Assembly: GCA_053919585.1 (NCBI GenBank) | Contig: CM132804.1 | DNA: 64,000 bases | Direction: 5' to 3' (one strand) | Source of the DNA: Euprymna scolopes | Taxonomy: Eukaryota | Part shown: one piece after another, positions 1 to 12,364 of the stretch | Numbering within the stretch: the first letter of the stretch is position 1 | How the letters are laid out: every line of letters begins with the position of its first letter | Notes under the pieces: model-generated | Databases searched by the model: none | What the model saw: the letters and a program-made list of their open reading frames with translations, nothing else | What the model was told of the DNA's origin: nothing | Position numbers and translations under genes: made by a program

Positions 1-372
1 CAAAACTGGCAGATTGTAGACTTTTCAGTACCCTGGGAGAGGAATGTGAAAGAAAAGGAGAGCGAGAAGTGGAACAATTATGCTCCATTGGCCTTGGAGA
101 TAAGGCGTATACATGGGGTTAAAACACAAATAATCCCGGTTGTAGTTGGTACACTAGAAGTTGTATCACGTATTCTGAAAGGACTACTGAAATAAAAGAC
201 ATATCGCTGATGTTTTAAGTGGCCTTCAGACCTCTGCAATTGTAGGTACTACCATCATCCTTAGAAAAACCCTTGATCTTTGTAAGCTCCTGGTTTGGAG
301 TAAGGATTGAGGGAAATCCTCTGGAAAGTAATCCCATCATTTTCCAGAGAGACGTTGTTTAACGACATCAGA
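1..372 (+). mobile_element. 3' end of an R4/Dong-type (REL endonuclease) non-LTR retrotransposon, degenerate
   Basis: Frame 1 reads QNWQIVDFSVPWERNVKEKESEKWNNYAPLALEIRRIHGVKTQIIPVVVGTL; after a frameshift it continues GLQTSAIVGTTIILRKTLD. This matches the D..VP...KE.EK..Y..LA.E C-terminal pattern of REL endonucleases. A short 3' UTR runs into (ATT)n. Confidence 0.85.

Positions 373-438
<66 letters not shown>
373..438. repeat. (ATT)n microsatellite
   Basis: Perfect trinucleotide run; source of the poly-Ile ORFs. Confidence 0.98.
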
Positions 439-439
439 T

Positions 440-2820
440 GCTCACAGGGAGTAGTCACACAGGCTACTATCAAAGATTTATCGTCGTGTTCTATAGAGTT
501 TAAGGGGCAACACGTCTCCACAGATATCCAGTATTCTCCCCATCTTTTTGATAATAATTTTAGATTAATTTTCGTTATCGTAACAGCCGGTTACCATTGA
601 TTTCTTGTTAGAGGTGACCACTTATCTTCACTGAAATTTGGTGGCAAAGCCTGGCCAAGGCCTTAGTTACCTTTGTCCTCATCCAACGGAACCTGGCTAG
701 TGCTTTCTCTCCTCAGTCTTTCTATTCCGCTTGACCCTCCCCGCTTATTTAGTGTGGTGCCAGTTTTGGGGGAAACACACACGCACACAAAAATATCGGG
801 GAATTGTAGGGGTTAATTACAGACATACAGTTCCGGTTTTTATTATTCTATGTGATGCTCTTTTGTGTTTTACATATGTAACATTTTATGCATGTCCAGT
901 TCATGCCTGTACTTCATGTTTAATCCCAACATTCAAGGGTTTTCATTAATATTTCAGCATTTTTCATTACTGTTATCCTTTGTATCTTCTTAGCCATGCT
1001 ACTGATTCAAATCTCTCCCATACCCTTTCCAAGTTTTTTTTGGGGAGGGCATTGGTTCTAGCGTCTCTTACATTTGTGGTGTTATCCTTACTTTTTTCAT
1101 CTTCCATCTTCCTTTAAGCCTTTTGGCAAGCTTCGTGCATTTGCTCCGCTACTCCGTCTTCTTTATCTTCAAACGGACATGTTTTTTTCTTCTTGTTTAT
1201 TAGTATCACATCCGTTGCCTTGCGTAGATGGATTATCCATTTGTATATCCATGTTCCATAGGATTTTGTGACTCTCATTTTCAAGTACTTGCTTGTACTA
1301 AGATTTAGTTGTCTGCATAATTTTCAGTGTACTCCCTTCAACACGTGATCGTTTTTATTCTTATATTTATCTTAGGTAATTTTGCTACATTCGCTTATTA
1401 TGTGGTTAATTGTTTCGTCTCTCTCTCTCTCCGCAGTCTGTATTTTTTTTTTTTGTGTGTGTGTGTGTCTTGTCAGTTCTTGCTTTTATGTGGCTGGTTC
1501 TAATCCCGTTATTTTATGGGACTGTTATTAGAAATAAATGCTCTGTTAAGATTTTCCTTTTAAAGCCATTTCCGAGCGTTTTCGCTAGTCTCCTCATCCT
1601 TATAAATCGTCCATTGAGTCGTTGCTTCTTCCCATTATTTCCCGTCTTACCGGTTATTTCTTCTGTTTCTGTTTTGTTTTTGTTTTTTCAGTGTCTTTTG
1701 CTTCAGTAATTATTCTTTCAGTCATCTGCATTATGTATTTTTCTAATACTTTTCTTGAGTCACATACGCAGTTTCTATACAAACCGGTCCTCTCCCTTCG
1801 ACTTCCTTGTCACATACAGTTGATCAGTAACATACTGTGGATGCAGTGCATAAGGTATAGTCATAGATTGTCCTGTCTTCTGGTCGAGATGACTCAGTTC
1901 TTATTTGGTCTAAAATGTAAATGCTCCAGAGCATATTACTAGTGACACTCCCTATGTGTTCATACTTTTAAGTAGGTTTCTACTATATAGTTAAGTTTCG
2001 AGGGGTTTACTTGTTCTTTTGACGTATTTCTTTCCAATTTACTCCATTATTTCTGTTGTTTTGACGGTGTCCGCTTCCAGAACGCCAAATATTTGTAACT
2101 ATCATGTTCATCTAGTGCCCCCATCTCGTTTGCTTAGGTAGTATCATACCTTCTGTTGCTTCGAGTTTTTCCCTTCTCACGATCAGGAGTGCACACTTTT
2201 CCATGCAGAATTCCATTTGGATATCTAGACTGAACATTTTGGTTGTGTTTATTAGCATTTACAATTCCTTCTTGTTTTTGCAAAGAAGTTCAGGTCATCC
2301 ATATAAATTAAGCGGTTCATTCTGTCATATGTGTAAGCGAACTTGTATCCAGCTTTACGTTTTCTGTGAGTGCTGTTAAGGGACAACATGGCTATAACAC
2401 AATAATAGTTGTGATAGCGAATCACTTTGGAAGATACCTTTTTGTATTTTAATCTCCGTTATGTATGGTCCATCAGCTGTCAGTTCAAGTCTCTGTGTTT
2501 TCATGAGATTTTGTATTAAATTCATAAACTTGACACATCCTGTACATTAGCAGGCATTCAATTATCCATGTCTGCGGGATTCTGCCATGAACATTCTTCC
2601 AGGTGATTCACGCCATGACGAAGTTATGTTTCCTACTTTTACACCCTTTCCTGATCCTTTGGTGTATGTATAATAGGTCATGCGTTCCTCTTTTTCCATT
2701 TTGTGTATCCTATATGTTCCTCGGGAAGTAGTCCGCAAATGTGAAGAGAATGATGATTTGTGCCAACAGCTATACTATAAGTATTTTCCTCATTGTTGAT
2801 AAGCATGTAATAGGCCTGTA
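440..2820 (-). mobile_element. Decayed R4/Dong-type non-LTR retrotransposon fragments (RT and C-terminus)
   Basis: Minus strand gives IKIQKGIFQSDSLSQLL (~2400-2455; GIFQGDSLSP motif), GYKF...RLIYMDDL (~2290-2355) and KKIQRITVMKNAEILMKTLE (~930-1000). Many stops and frameshifts; bounded by (ATT)n at both ends. Confidence 0.8.
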
Positions 2821-2822
2821 TA

Positions 2823-2867
<45 letters not shown>

Positions 2868-2890
2868 GTTGTTGTGTTTGTTGTTGTTAA
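2821..2890. repeat. (ATT)n/(GTT)n compound microsatellite
   Basis: Directly visible. Confidence 0.95.
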
Positions 2891-3039
2891 TATTTATTTG
2901 ACAATGAAACTTCTATAAATAAAGCAATGAATATGTTGATAATAATATCTAAACAGTTCCTAATATATGCATATATCATGATGAAATATTGTACCCATCT
3001 CGCATTTCTTGTGTAGTTACATACGTTTCCGGTCATGAA

Positions 3040-3310
3040 CAGGACCTTAAACTATATCAAATGGTGAGGTCTTAGCTTGCGAGCTTTGGGGAGTGTGGAA
3101 CCACCCTTTAATAACCATTGCTCTCAGGTTCACTCTGACCCGGAGTGGTAGTACCTGTTAGGGTCCCAAAGATGGGTTAAATACAAGCCAACTAGAAAAA
3201 AACAACGATCTTCTATTTTAAAAAAATCCTTTAAAATCATTGGATTCGGCATTAAATAATCTGAAAAGGGTTGATATGCCGTAAAACAAAAACAACGAAC
3301 TAACCAACAT
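3040..3310 (+). mobile_element. Probable SINE-like dispersed repeat fragment(s)
   Basis: GC-richer block (gagctttggggagtgtgg...cccggagtggtagtacctgttagggtccc), then ggcattaaataat...gttgatatgccgtaaaac with an A/C-rich tail. Resembles SINE bodies; family not identified. Confidence 0.4.
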
Positions 3311-3396
3311 ACCCTTCGCTTCCTCATTTTCCTATTTATATCTACAATAATGGTCACGTTTTCGGTCGGAATTCTATTTCAATGTCCTAGCTGAAG

Positions 3397-3415
3397 TGTT
3401 TGTTGTTATTGTCGC

Positions 3416-3482
<67 letters not shown>

Positions 3483-3578
3483 ATAAAATTATCGATTATT
3501 CTCGGAATAACAGCTTTATTTGCTTATATTTATTATTATTATTATTATTATTATATTTATTATTATTATTATTATTAT
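3397..3578. repeat. (ATT)n/(GTT)n compound microsatellites
   Basis: Directly visible. Confidence 0.95.
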
Positions 3579-5979
3579 TCTGACAGATATTAATAATAAC
3601 ATTTGACAATGAAGCTTCTAAAAATAAAGCATTGTAAGCGTTGAGAACAATAAGATCCAAACAATCGTTAATAAGGCAGATAACGAGATGCAAAAAAAAA
3701 ATGCACACTTTAATAATGAACAAAAGATATTTACAAACATAATGTTTTTCTTTATCTAAAATCGATATATTTTATATTTACATTTTTTTACTCATCACCA
3801 TCTCATCACAATGTTTCTATCTTCTTAGGTAAAATTAAAATATTGTAAAACATATTTGAAAAAAAAATAAGATCGAGATTATGTAATTCTTCATAATCCT
3901 GACGAATGTGCATCACTTAAAAGCCAGTTCAGATCGATATTAAGAAAGACGCCATTTTGAAAACGAGTCTCATCTTTGTATTGAACTGCACTTAATGCTA
4001 AACAATTATATCAGATAGTTTGCGGATATGATTATATTTTATTTTTTTAGTAAGGTTACTTTTAATAAATTTATTCAGTAAACATAATCTTTATTAAAAA
4101 TGTCTGATATCTTACTGTGAAATAATTAGTGGAAACAAGTAGAGTCATGATGATAATTATTTTCTCTTAAGAATTATATTCGTTTCTTTTGTCGGTCATG
4201 TATTAAATGACCTTAAGAAATTGACACCCAAACAANNNNNNNNNNNNNNNNNNNNNNNNNNNNNNNNNNNNNNNNNNNNNNNNNNNNNNNNNNNNNNNNN
4301 NNNNNNNNNNNNNNNNNNNNNNNNNNNNNNNNNNNNNNNNNNNNNNNNNNNNNNNNNNNNNNNNNNNNNNNNNNNNNNNNNNNNNNNNNNNNNNNNNNNN
4401 NNNNNNNNNNNNNNNNNNNNNNNNNNNNNNNNNNNNNNNATGTATCATTTAGCCAGCCTATTTCTTTAGTAGTCTCCTGTGTCCTGAACTTGTTCCCATA
4501 AATCTGTTCATATACTAACTCGAAAGCTTGTCACTGCTACTTTTAACGTGACCATAACATCGGAGTTTCCTGTTCCGCACATATTAAACTATTAAGATTC
4601 CTATTTTTTTTCCACAAGTAACTTTCGTTTAGCACATCTTCAAAACTTGTGTGATGCAAATATGGTATCGTATCCACATAATTCCCCTACATGCAGCGCA
4701 TGTCTTAAGTTCTCAGCAAGGAAATAATATTATACCCGGGAGGTGTCGGCATATGAAATGGATTTTAAAATTTACTCCATTCTATTCGATTACGGGTATT
4801 GGCAATCTTTAGGGAGTCCTCACTCTGGGACGATATTCTGAATCGTGATGTACAACAAAGTAAATCAAGCGGAAAAATACAAGTTTGTATTTAAACGGAT
4901 TTAATGTACGAAGTAGAATCTTGTTGCAGAAAGCAGAAAAATATTATGCTCTTACAACATAATAATGCGTGCAAAAATTAGATATCAAATTATCTAAATA
5001 TTTTTACTATGAGGTATATTTTAAATTTTAGACTGTATTGCTCATGCTACAACTACCTTATTCTTATTTAAGCTTTTTTTGTTTGCTTGTTAATTCACGA
5101 TTTCATGATTAATAAATGTAACATCTTTTATATATTTAATATATACAATATTTTACACATTAAACTGAAAGGAACGTTATAACATATAATAATGTGTTCG
5201 AATATATTAATGATTTTAAAATGTTCTTGCTTTTTTTACATCAGTGTTGATAATTCATTTTATTCGGATTATTCCAATATTCTCCCCAGATATTCAGACG
5301 AATGAGCATCGCCTGGCTATCCTTGCCTAATACACGCTGCATAAAAACAATGCAGGATCCCCAAGACACCGGAGAGTCACAGAATTCATAATTCCCACTA
5401 CTCTCATTTTAAGTGACGTCTGTGCATCGTATCGACATGTGTAAGCTCCGATCTTTTTAGGCCAAACTCGAAATTTTGTTTTGCCGAACAAACGATTCTG
5501 CATAAATTTTCGAATGTATGTATTTTTTACCCGGTATGGCAGCATGTTTTCTTTTTTTTCTTCAGCCGTGACTGATTAGAAAGCTCAAGTAATTCGGAAT
5601 TGTATTTTTAGCACCGTCCGCGTTTTGGAATCTACGGCGAGTGTCTCTTAAAACTTTTTTTTTCCATGTGCACTGTCCGTTGGGCCGCAAGCAATGGCTA
5701 AGTGTACGACAGCCAGCTGTCCTCATAGAATAAACAAAGAGGGCATTGCGCAATCCCACACAGATTCCCGTGTTCGGCAAAAAGATTTAAGAAAAAGACA
5801 AAACTAACATAATAAAGGTTTGAACTTCCATGTGAGAATACTACTGATATGAGAACAGTCGTCCAACTTATAACAATATTCAACATCATCGAACCCCATT
5901 TGGCATAAATAACACATTCGCACGAAACGGGGTGTAACTACCGTGTTTAAACGTCTAATGTTTATATATATATATATGT

Positions 5980-6024
<45 letters not shown>

Positions 6025-6084
6025 AAATTCCACAGCCAAACAACGTCGCAGCCTACAAAAGCCATGACAATCAAGGAACCGGAA

Positions 6085-6129
6085 GTCCAAGACTCGAGTT
6101 TCGCCCTAGTTCGGGCTCATCAGTTAGAC
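6085..6129 (-). ncRNA. Type I hammerhead ribozyme, intact core
   Basis: Minus strand: GTCTAA-CTGATGA-GCCC(GAACTA)GGGC-GAAAC(TCGA)GTC-TTGGAC. Has the CUGAUGA and GAAA core, a 4-bp stem II, a minimal stem III with a palindromic loop, a GUC cleavage triplet and a 6-bp stem I. Confidence 0.88.
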
Positions 6130-6132
6130 AAA

Positions 6133-6204
6133 TCCGAACTCAGGATTCGAAACCCGAGCCTCTTGCATGCGAGGCAAGCACTCTACCAACTGAGCAAACG
6201 CCCC
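6133..6204 (-). ncRNA. tRNA-Ala(CGC)-derived head (pseudo-tRNA, Pol III A/B boxes)
   Basis: GGGGCGTTTGCTCAGTTGGTAGAGTG-CTTGC(CTCGCAT)GCAAG-AGGCTCGGGTTTCGAATCCTGAG. D, anticodon and T arms form, but the 3' acceptor strand does not pair with GGGGCGT. Confidence 0.8.
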
Positions 6205-6529
6205 GCACACAATAATTTCTATTAACCAACAAAGACCAAGCAAACCGTGCCGAAATCCGACTGTGAATTGAACCTACTTCGTCTCAACAAGGGACGCGGT
6301 CATCCAACCAGCTACATTCTGAAAATCCTATCATAAGTTGCTCGCTTGGTTAGTATTGCTGGATGGTATCGTCCTTTCGAGTTAAAACCCCTACTTGTGA
6401 GACATCGGCTTGGAGTTATTAGCTGGTTGGATGACCGCGTCCCTTGTTGAGACGGAGTAGGTTTATCTCACAGTCGGATTTCGGCGCGGTTTGCTTGATC
6501 TTTGTTGCTTAATAGAAATTCTTGTGTGC

Positions 6530-6649
6530 GGGGCGTTTGCTCAGTTGGTAGAGTGCTTGCCTCGTATGCAAGAGGCTCGGGTTTCGAATCCTGAGTTCGG
6601 ATGTGTCTAACGGATGAGCCCGAATGAGGTCGAAACTCGAGTCTTGGAC
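6530..6649 (+). ncRNA. Second copy of the tRNA-derived head (6530-6601) plus a degenerate hammerhead (6605-6649)
   Basis: Anticodon loop changed to CTCGTAT. Core reads CGGATGA instead of CTGATGA, and stem II (GCCC/GGTC) has a mismatch. Confidence 0.8.
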
Positions 6650-7146
6650 TTCCGGTTCGTTGATTGTCATGGCTCTTGTGGGCTGCGACGTTGTTTGGCT
6701 GCGGAATTTATTATATACAATCTCTCACATTCTGAAAATTATATATATATATATATATATGTTTATATGTGTATGTGCATGCNNNNNNNNNNNNNNNNNN
6801 NNNNNNNNNNNNNNNNNNNNNNNNNNNNNNNNNNNNNNNNNNNNNNNNNNNNNNNNNNNNNNNNNNNNNNNNNNNNNNNNNNNNNNNNNNNNNNNNNNNN
6901 NNNNNNNNNNNNNNNNNNNNNNNNNNNNNNNNNNNTTGAAAATAAAAATCCAGCAGAGTGCTCAATTAAAAGGAAAATCCGAAAAATAAGAGCGTATTTA
7001 TATTTTATATTTTGTGTACAGAAAGTTGTTAGATGAGATAAGTCATCGGTACCGTCGGTTTCAAACCCGATAATTAGGACCGTTTTACATATCCATATCA
7101 AGCTCTCCTCAGCCAGTACTCATCTCTTTCTGTACACAAAATACAA

Positions 7147-7177
<31 letters not shown>

Positions 7178-7191
7178 ACATATATATATAT

Positions 7192-7222
<31 letters not shown>

Positions 7223-7649
7223 TTCTGTAGAAATATTAATTACATACAAAATAGTGAATAAATGACAAAAAACTATATTCCACAATTCATGATGTTGACC
7301 ATCTAATTTTTAATTACTTTAATTCAGTTGACATTTCTTGAGAGTATATGTTTTGTAGCTCAAAAACAATCACTTAATTATTATATCAATCAATGAATCT
7401 ATTATGCCCTTAACTCCTCAGGAGAAATAACAACAATCAATCCGGCAAATTGAAAGAAAGTTTGATTTAACATAATTAAAATCCGAAAATTGGAAGAGAA
7501 GTTGAAAATACTTTTAGTATGTTTCCATTAAGCCATTTTTATTTTCAGATCGGATATTGTCAACAATTGTAAATGTCAACTGAATTAAACGAATAAATGA
7601 TAAGATGGTCAACACAATGCATTTTGGAATATAGTTTTTTGTCGTTTAT

Positions 7650-7723
<74 letters not shown>

Positions 7724-8454
7724 AGTAAGAAACCCATTTCATCCAAGGCATGGAAATGGTTAAAGAAAATGTTTCTCTATAAGCTTTAAAAATAAAGGTA
7801 CAAAATTCAATTTGAGATGTATTAACCTTCAAAGTGCATTTTTATAAGTTTTACAAAGTAAGGTATGAAAATATAATTTAAATTGAATAAAAAATTACCT
7901 TGGATTTATTTTATGTAATGTAGAATCTGTTTCACTTTAAAAAAATCATTGAAAATTTTACATCTATATAATTAATTGCTAGATGAAAGATAATGTTTTT
8001 AAATTTCTTAAGACTAGTTGTTTCTGATACGTCATTAAAAATCTCTGGTAAAATTGGGACGGAAAGGGTGATAACAGTTAATTCAAATTCATAAATAACA
8101 CAACACCTTTCTTAACTATACATAATACCATACATAATAACGCTCTATCCGAAAACACACCGTTCAATCTCGGTGATTTTAATTTCATATGCAACATGAC
8201 TCGGCAGAAATTTATTAAAGTAATTACCAATGCTACTGCACAGAATGTGGAATCTATTTACCGTGGAAAAACCACCTGCTTACTGTTGTAAGTATCTAAA
8301 GACACCATTCTCAAGTGCATGATCTATTTTCTCTACGAATGTTACTCTTGAAAAGGTCTAAAGAAATCTCTTACCTAATAAGCCAACCAAGCTCCAACTC
8401 CTGTAACATTACATCAATGTTTCATACTGTGCCTTTTTCCATACACTTTAATTA

Positions 8455-11400
8455 AACCTGGCTTGACGATTGCTTAAGACTTTGACTACGCAACGTACAA
8501 AACCCCACTAAGTCGAATCTGGCTTGACGAATGCTTAACAATTTGACTACGCAACGTACAAAACCCCGCTAACTCGCATCTGGCTTGACAAATGCTTAAC
8601 AATTTGACTACGCAACGTATAAATCCCCCACTTACTCGAACCTAGCTTGAGGAATGCTTAACAATTTGACTACGCAACGTACAAAACCCCACTTACTCGG
8701 ACCTGGCTTGAGGAATGCTTAACAATTTGACTACGCAACGTACAAAACCCCACTTACTCGGACCTGGCTTGAGGAATGCTTAACAATTTGACTACGCAAC
8801 GTACAAAACCCCACTTACTCGGACCTGGCTTGAGGAATGCTTAACAATTTGACTACGCAACGTATAAAAAACCCACTTACTCGGACCTAGCTTGACGAAT
8901 GCTTAACAATTTGACTACGCAACGTACAAACCCCCACTTACTCGAACCTAGCTTGAGGAATGCTAAGCAATTTGACTACGCAACGTACAAAACCCCACTT
9001 ACTCGGAGCTGGCTTGAGGAATGCTTAACAATTTGACTACGCAATGTATAAAAACCCCACTTACTCGGACCTAGCTTGACGAATTCTTAACAATTTGACT
9101 ACGCAATGTATAAAAACCCCATTAACTCGAACCTGGCTTGACGAATGCTTAACAATTTGACTACGCAACGTACAAAACCCGACTAACTTGAACATGGCTT
9201 GACGAATGCTTTACAGTTTGACTAAGCAAAATACAAAACCCCACTAACTCGAACCTGGCTTGAAGAATGCGTAACAATTTGACTACGCAACGTACAAAAC
9301 CCCACTAACTGTAACCTGGCTTAACAAATGCTTAACAATTTGACTACGCAACATACAAAACCCCACTAACTCGAATCTGGCTTGACGAATGCTTAACAAT
9401 TTGACTACGCAACGTACAAAACCCGACTAACTTGAACAGGGCTTGACGAATGCTTTACAGTTTGACTAAGCAAAATACAAAACCTTACTAACTCGAACCT
9501 GACTTGACGAATGTTTAACAATTTGACTATGCAACGTACAAAACCCCACTAACTCGAATCTGGCTTGACGAATGCTTAACAATTTTACTACGCAACGTAC
9601 AAAACCCCACTTACTCGGAGCTGGCTTGAGGAATGCTTAACAATTGTCTTACGCAATGTACAAAAACCCCACTTACTCGGACCTAGCTTGACGAATTCTT
9701 AACAATTTGACTACGCAATGTATAAAAACCCCATTAACTCGAACCTGGCTTGACGAATGCTTAACAATTTAACTACGCAACGTACAAAACCCGACTAACT
9801 TGAACATGGCTTGACGAATGCTTTACAGTTTGACTAAGCAAAATACAAAACCCCACTAACTCGAACCTGGCTTGAAGAATGCGTAACAATTTGACTACGC
9901 AACGTACAAAACCCCACTAACTGTAACCTGGCTTAACAAATGCTTAACAATTTGACTACGCAACGTACAAAACCCCAATAACTCGAATCTGGCTTGACGA
10001 ATGCTTAACAATTTGACTACGCAACGTACAAAACCCGACTAACTTGAACAGGGCTTGACGAATGCTTTACAGTTTGACTAAGCAAAATACAAAACCTTAC
10101 TAACTCGAACCTGACTTGACGAATGTTTAACAATTTGACTATGCAACGTACAAAACCCCACTAACTCGAATCTGGCTTGACGAATGCTTAACAATTTGAC
10201 TACGCAACGTACAAAACCCCACTTACTCGGAGCTGGCTTGAGGAATGCTTAACAATTTGACTACGCAATGTATAAAAACCCCACTTACTCGGACCTAGCT
10301 TGACGAATTCTTAACAATTTGACTACGCAATGTATAAAAACCCCATTAACTCGAACCTGGCTTGACGAATGCTTAACAATTTGACTACGCAACGTACAAA
10401 ACCCGACTAACTTGAACATGGCTTGACGAATGCTTTACAGTTTGACTAAGCAAAATACAAAACCCCACTTACTCGGAGCTGGCTTGAGGAATGCTTAACA
10501 ATTTGACTACGCAATGTATAAAAACCCCACTTACTCGGACCTAGCTTGACGAATTCTTAACAATTTGACTACGCAATGTATAAAAACCCCATTAACTCGA
10601 ACCTGGCTTGACGAATGCTTAACAATTTGACTACGCAACGTACAAAACCCGACTAACTTGAACATGGCTTGACGAATGCTTTACAGTTTGACTAAGCAAA
10701 ATACAAAACCCCACTAACTCGAACCTGGCTTGAAGAATGCGTAACAATTTGACTACGCAACGTACAAAACCCCACTAACTGTAACCTGGCTTAACAAATG
10801 CTTAACAATTTGACTACGCAACATACAAAACCCCACTAACTCGAATCTGGCTTGACGAATGCTTAACAATTTGACTACGCAACGTACAAAACCCGACTAA
10901 CTTGAACAGGGCTTGACGAATGCTTTACAGTTTGACTAAGCAAAATACAAAACCTTACTAACTCGAACCTGACTTGACGAATGTTTAACAATTTGACTAT
11001 GCAACGTACAAAACCCCACTAACTCGAATCTGGCTTGACGAATGCTTAACAATTTGACTACGCAACGTACAAAACCCCGCTTACTCGGAGCTGGCTTGAG
11101 GAATGCTTAACAATTTGACTACGCAATGTATAAAAACCCCACTTACTCGGACCTAGCTTGACGAATTCTTAACAATTTGACTACGCAATGTATAAAAACC
11201 CCATTAACTCGAACCTGGCTTGACGAATGCTTAACAATTTGACTACGCAACGTACAAAACCCGACTAACTTGAACATGGCTTGACGAATGCTTTACAGTT
11301 TGACTAAGCAAAATACAAAACCTTACTAACTCGAACCTGACTTGACGAATGTTTAACAATTTGACTATGCAACGTACAAAACCCCACTAACTCGAATCTG

Positions 11401-11640
11401 GCTTGACGAATGCTTAACAATTTGACTACGCAACGTACAAAACCCCACTAACTCGAACCTGGCTTGAAGAATGCGTAACAATTTGACTACGCAACGTACA
11501 AAACCCCACTAACTGTAACCTGGCTTAACAAATGCTTAACAATTTGACTACGCAACATACAAAACCCCACTAACTCGAATCTGGCTTGACGAATGCTTAA
11601 CAATTTGACTACGCAACGTACAAACTGGTAACTAACTCGA
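8455..11640. repeat. 61-bp tandem satellite, ~52 copies, with a 10-monomer (612-bp) higher-order repeat
   Basis: Consensus cctggcttgacgaatgcttaacaatttgactacgcaacgtacaaaaccccactaactcgaa. The variant ggagctggcttgagg recurs at 9005, 9617, 10229, 10475 and 11087. Confidence 0.97.
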
Positions 11641-11790
11641 CGAGCAGTTAAAAAACACTGCTTTACTGTAGAGATTCCTAGATAATTGAAGTTCTTCTAC
11701 TTTCCCAATTTCTTCCCTCGAACTGCTATACTTTGTAATTCCTTCCCTATTCAGTAATTTCCTGTCTTTATAAACATGTTGAAATCTGAA
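11625..11790 (+). mobile_element. CR1/L2/Jockey-like LINE ORF2 C-terminal relic
   Basis: Reads TRRAVKKHCFTVEIPR...FFPRTAILCNSFP, like the FFPRT..LWNSLP tail of these LINEs. An LGDFN (APE-like) motif lies upstream of the satellite near 8170. Confidence 0.55.
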
Positions 11791-12333
11791 TATAATGCTA
11801 AAAACATGTCTGTAGATAGGGGCTCAGTAAACATTATTCAAAATCGCAGCAAATTTCAATATACCTTTTTTGGATTAAATAAAATAAAAACATTATCTTT
11901 ACAGTTTTCGTTGTTTTTTTTAGTTTGTCTCATCTTTGCTTTCATTTTACTCTGATAATTTCTTTTTTTTACTACTTTTATTTTTTCACTACATTTTTTA
12001 TTTCTTTTAATCGAATTTCTTTCTTTTTTTTTTCTTTATATCCATAGATTTTCTTGTTCAACTTTATCTCCTTTATTATTCTTTTTTTTTTAGGAAAATA
12101 TTACATTTTCTCGTTGTCGAACTTCTTCAAATTAGTTTCTTCTCAAAAATCTGCTTTACTTTAATGCAAATTGATTTCTTTCCTTTTCCCATGTTTCGTA
12201 CTTCCGTTTTGTTTTCGACTTGTTCTCTATCATCCGTTTTTCGTCTTGCTCGGCCACAATAATTTCCCGTGAATACATTGTTATACATGAGAATATGGAC
12301 GAACGAAATGATTAGATATTTTCACATACACGC

Positions 12334-12364
<31 letters not shown>

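Larger units (their letters stand above)
6020..6717. mobile_element. Head-to-head inverted duplication (~295-bp arms, ~105-bp spacer) of a tRNA-derived, hammerhead-containing element
   Basis: 6020-6314 is the near reverse complement of 6420-6717. (TA)n flanks both sides. Confidence 0.92.

Noticed and set aside
261-600. Poly-Ile, Ile-Tyr and poly-X ORFs here and throughout the window
   Set aside because: They are translations of (ATT)n, (AT)n or N-gaps.
6133-6601. Two functional tRNA genes (Ala-CGC and Thr-CGT)
   Set aside because: The acceptor stem cannot form, no poly-T terminator follows, and the CGT anticodon is a point change in a duplicated repeat.
8455-11640. CRISPR array or hammerhead-containing satellite
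   Set aside because: Monomers are contiguous with no unique spacers and no cas genes. TTGACGA...GCAAC only mimics the hammerhead core: there is no CUGA, no GAAA and no stems.
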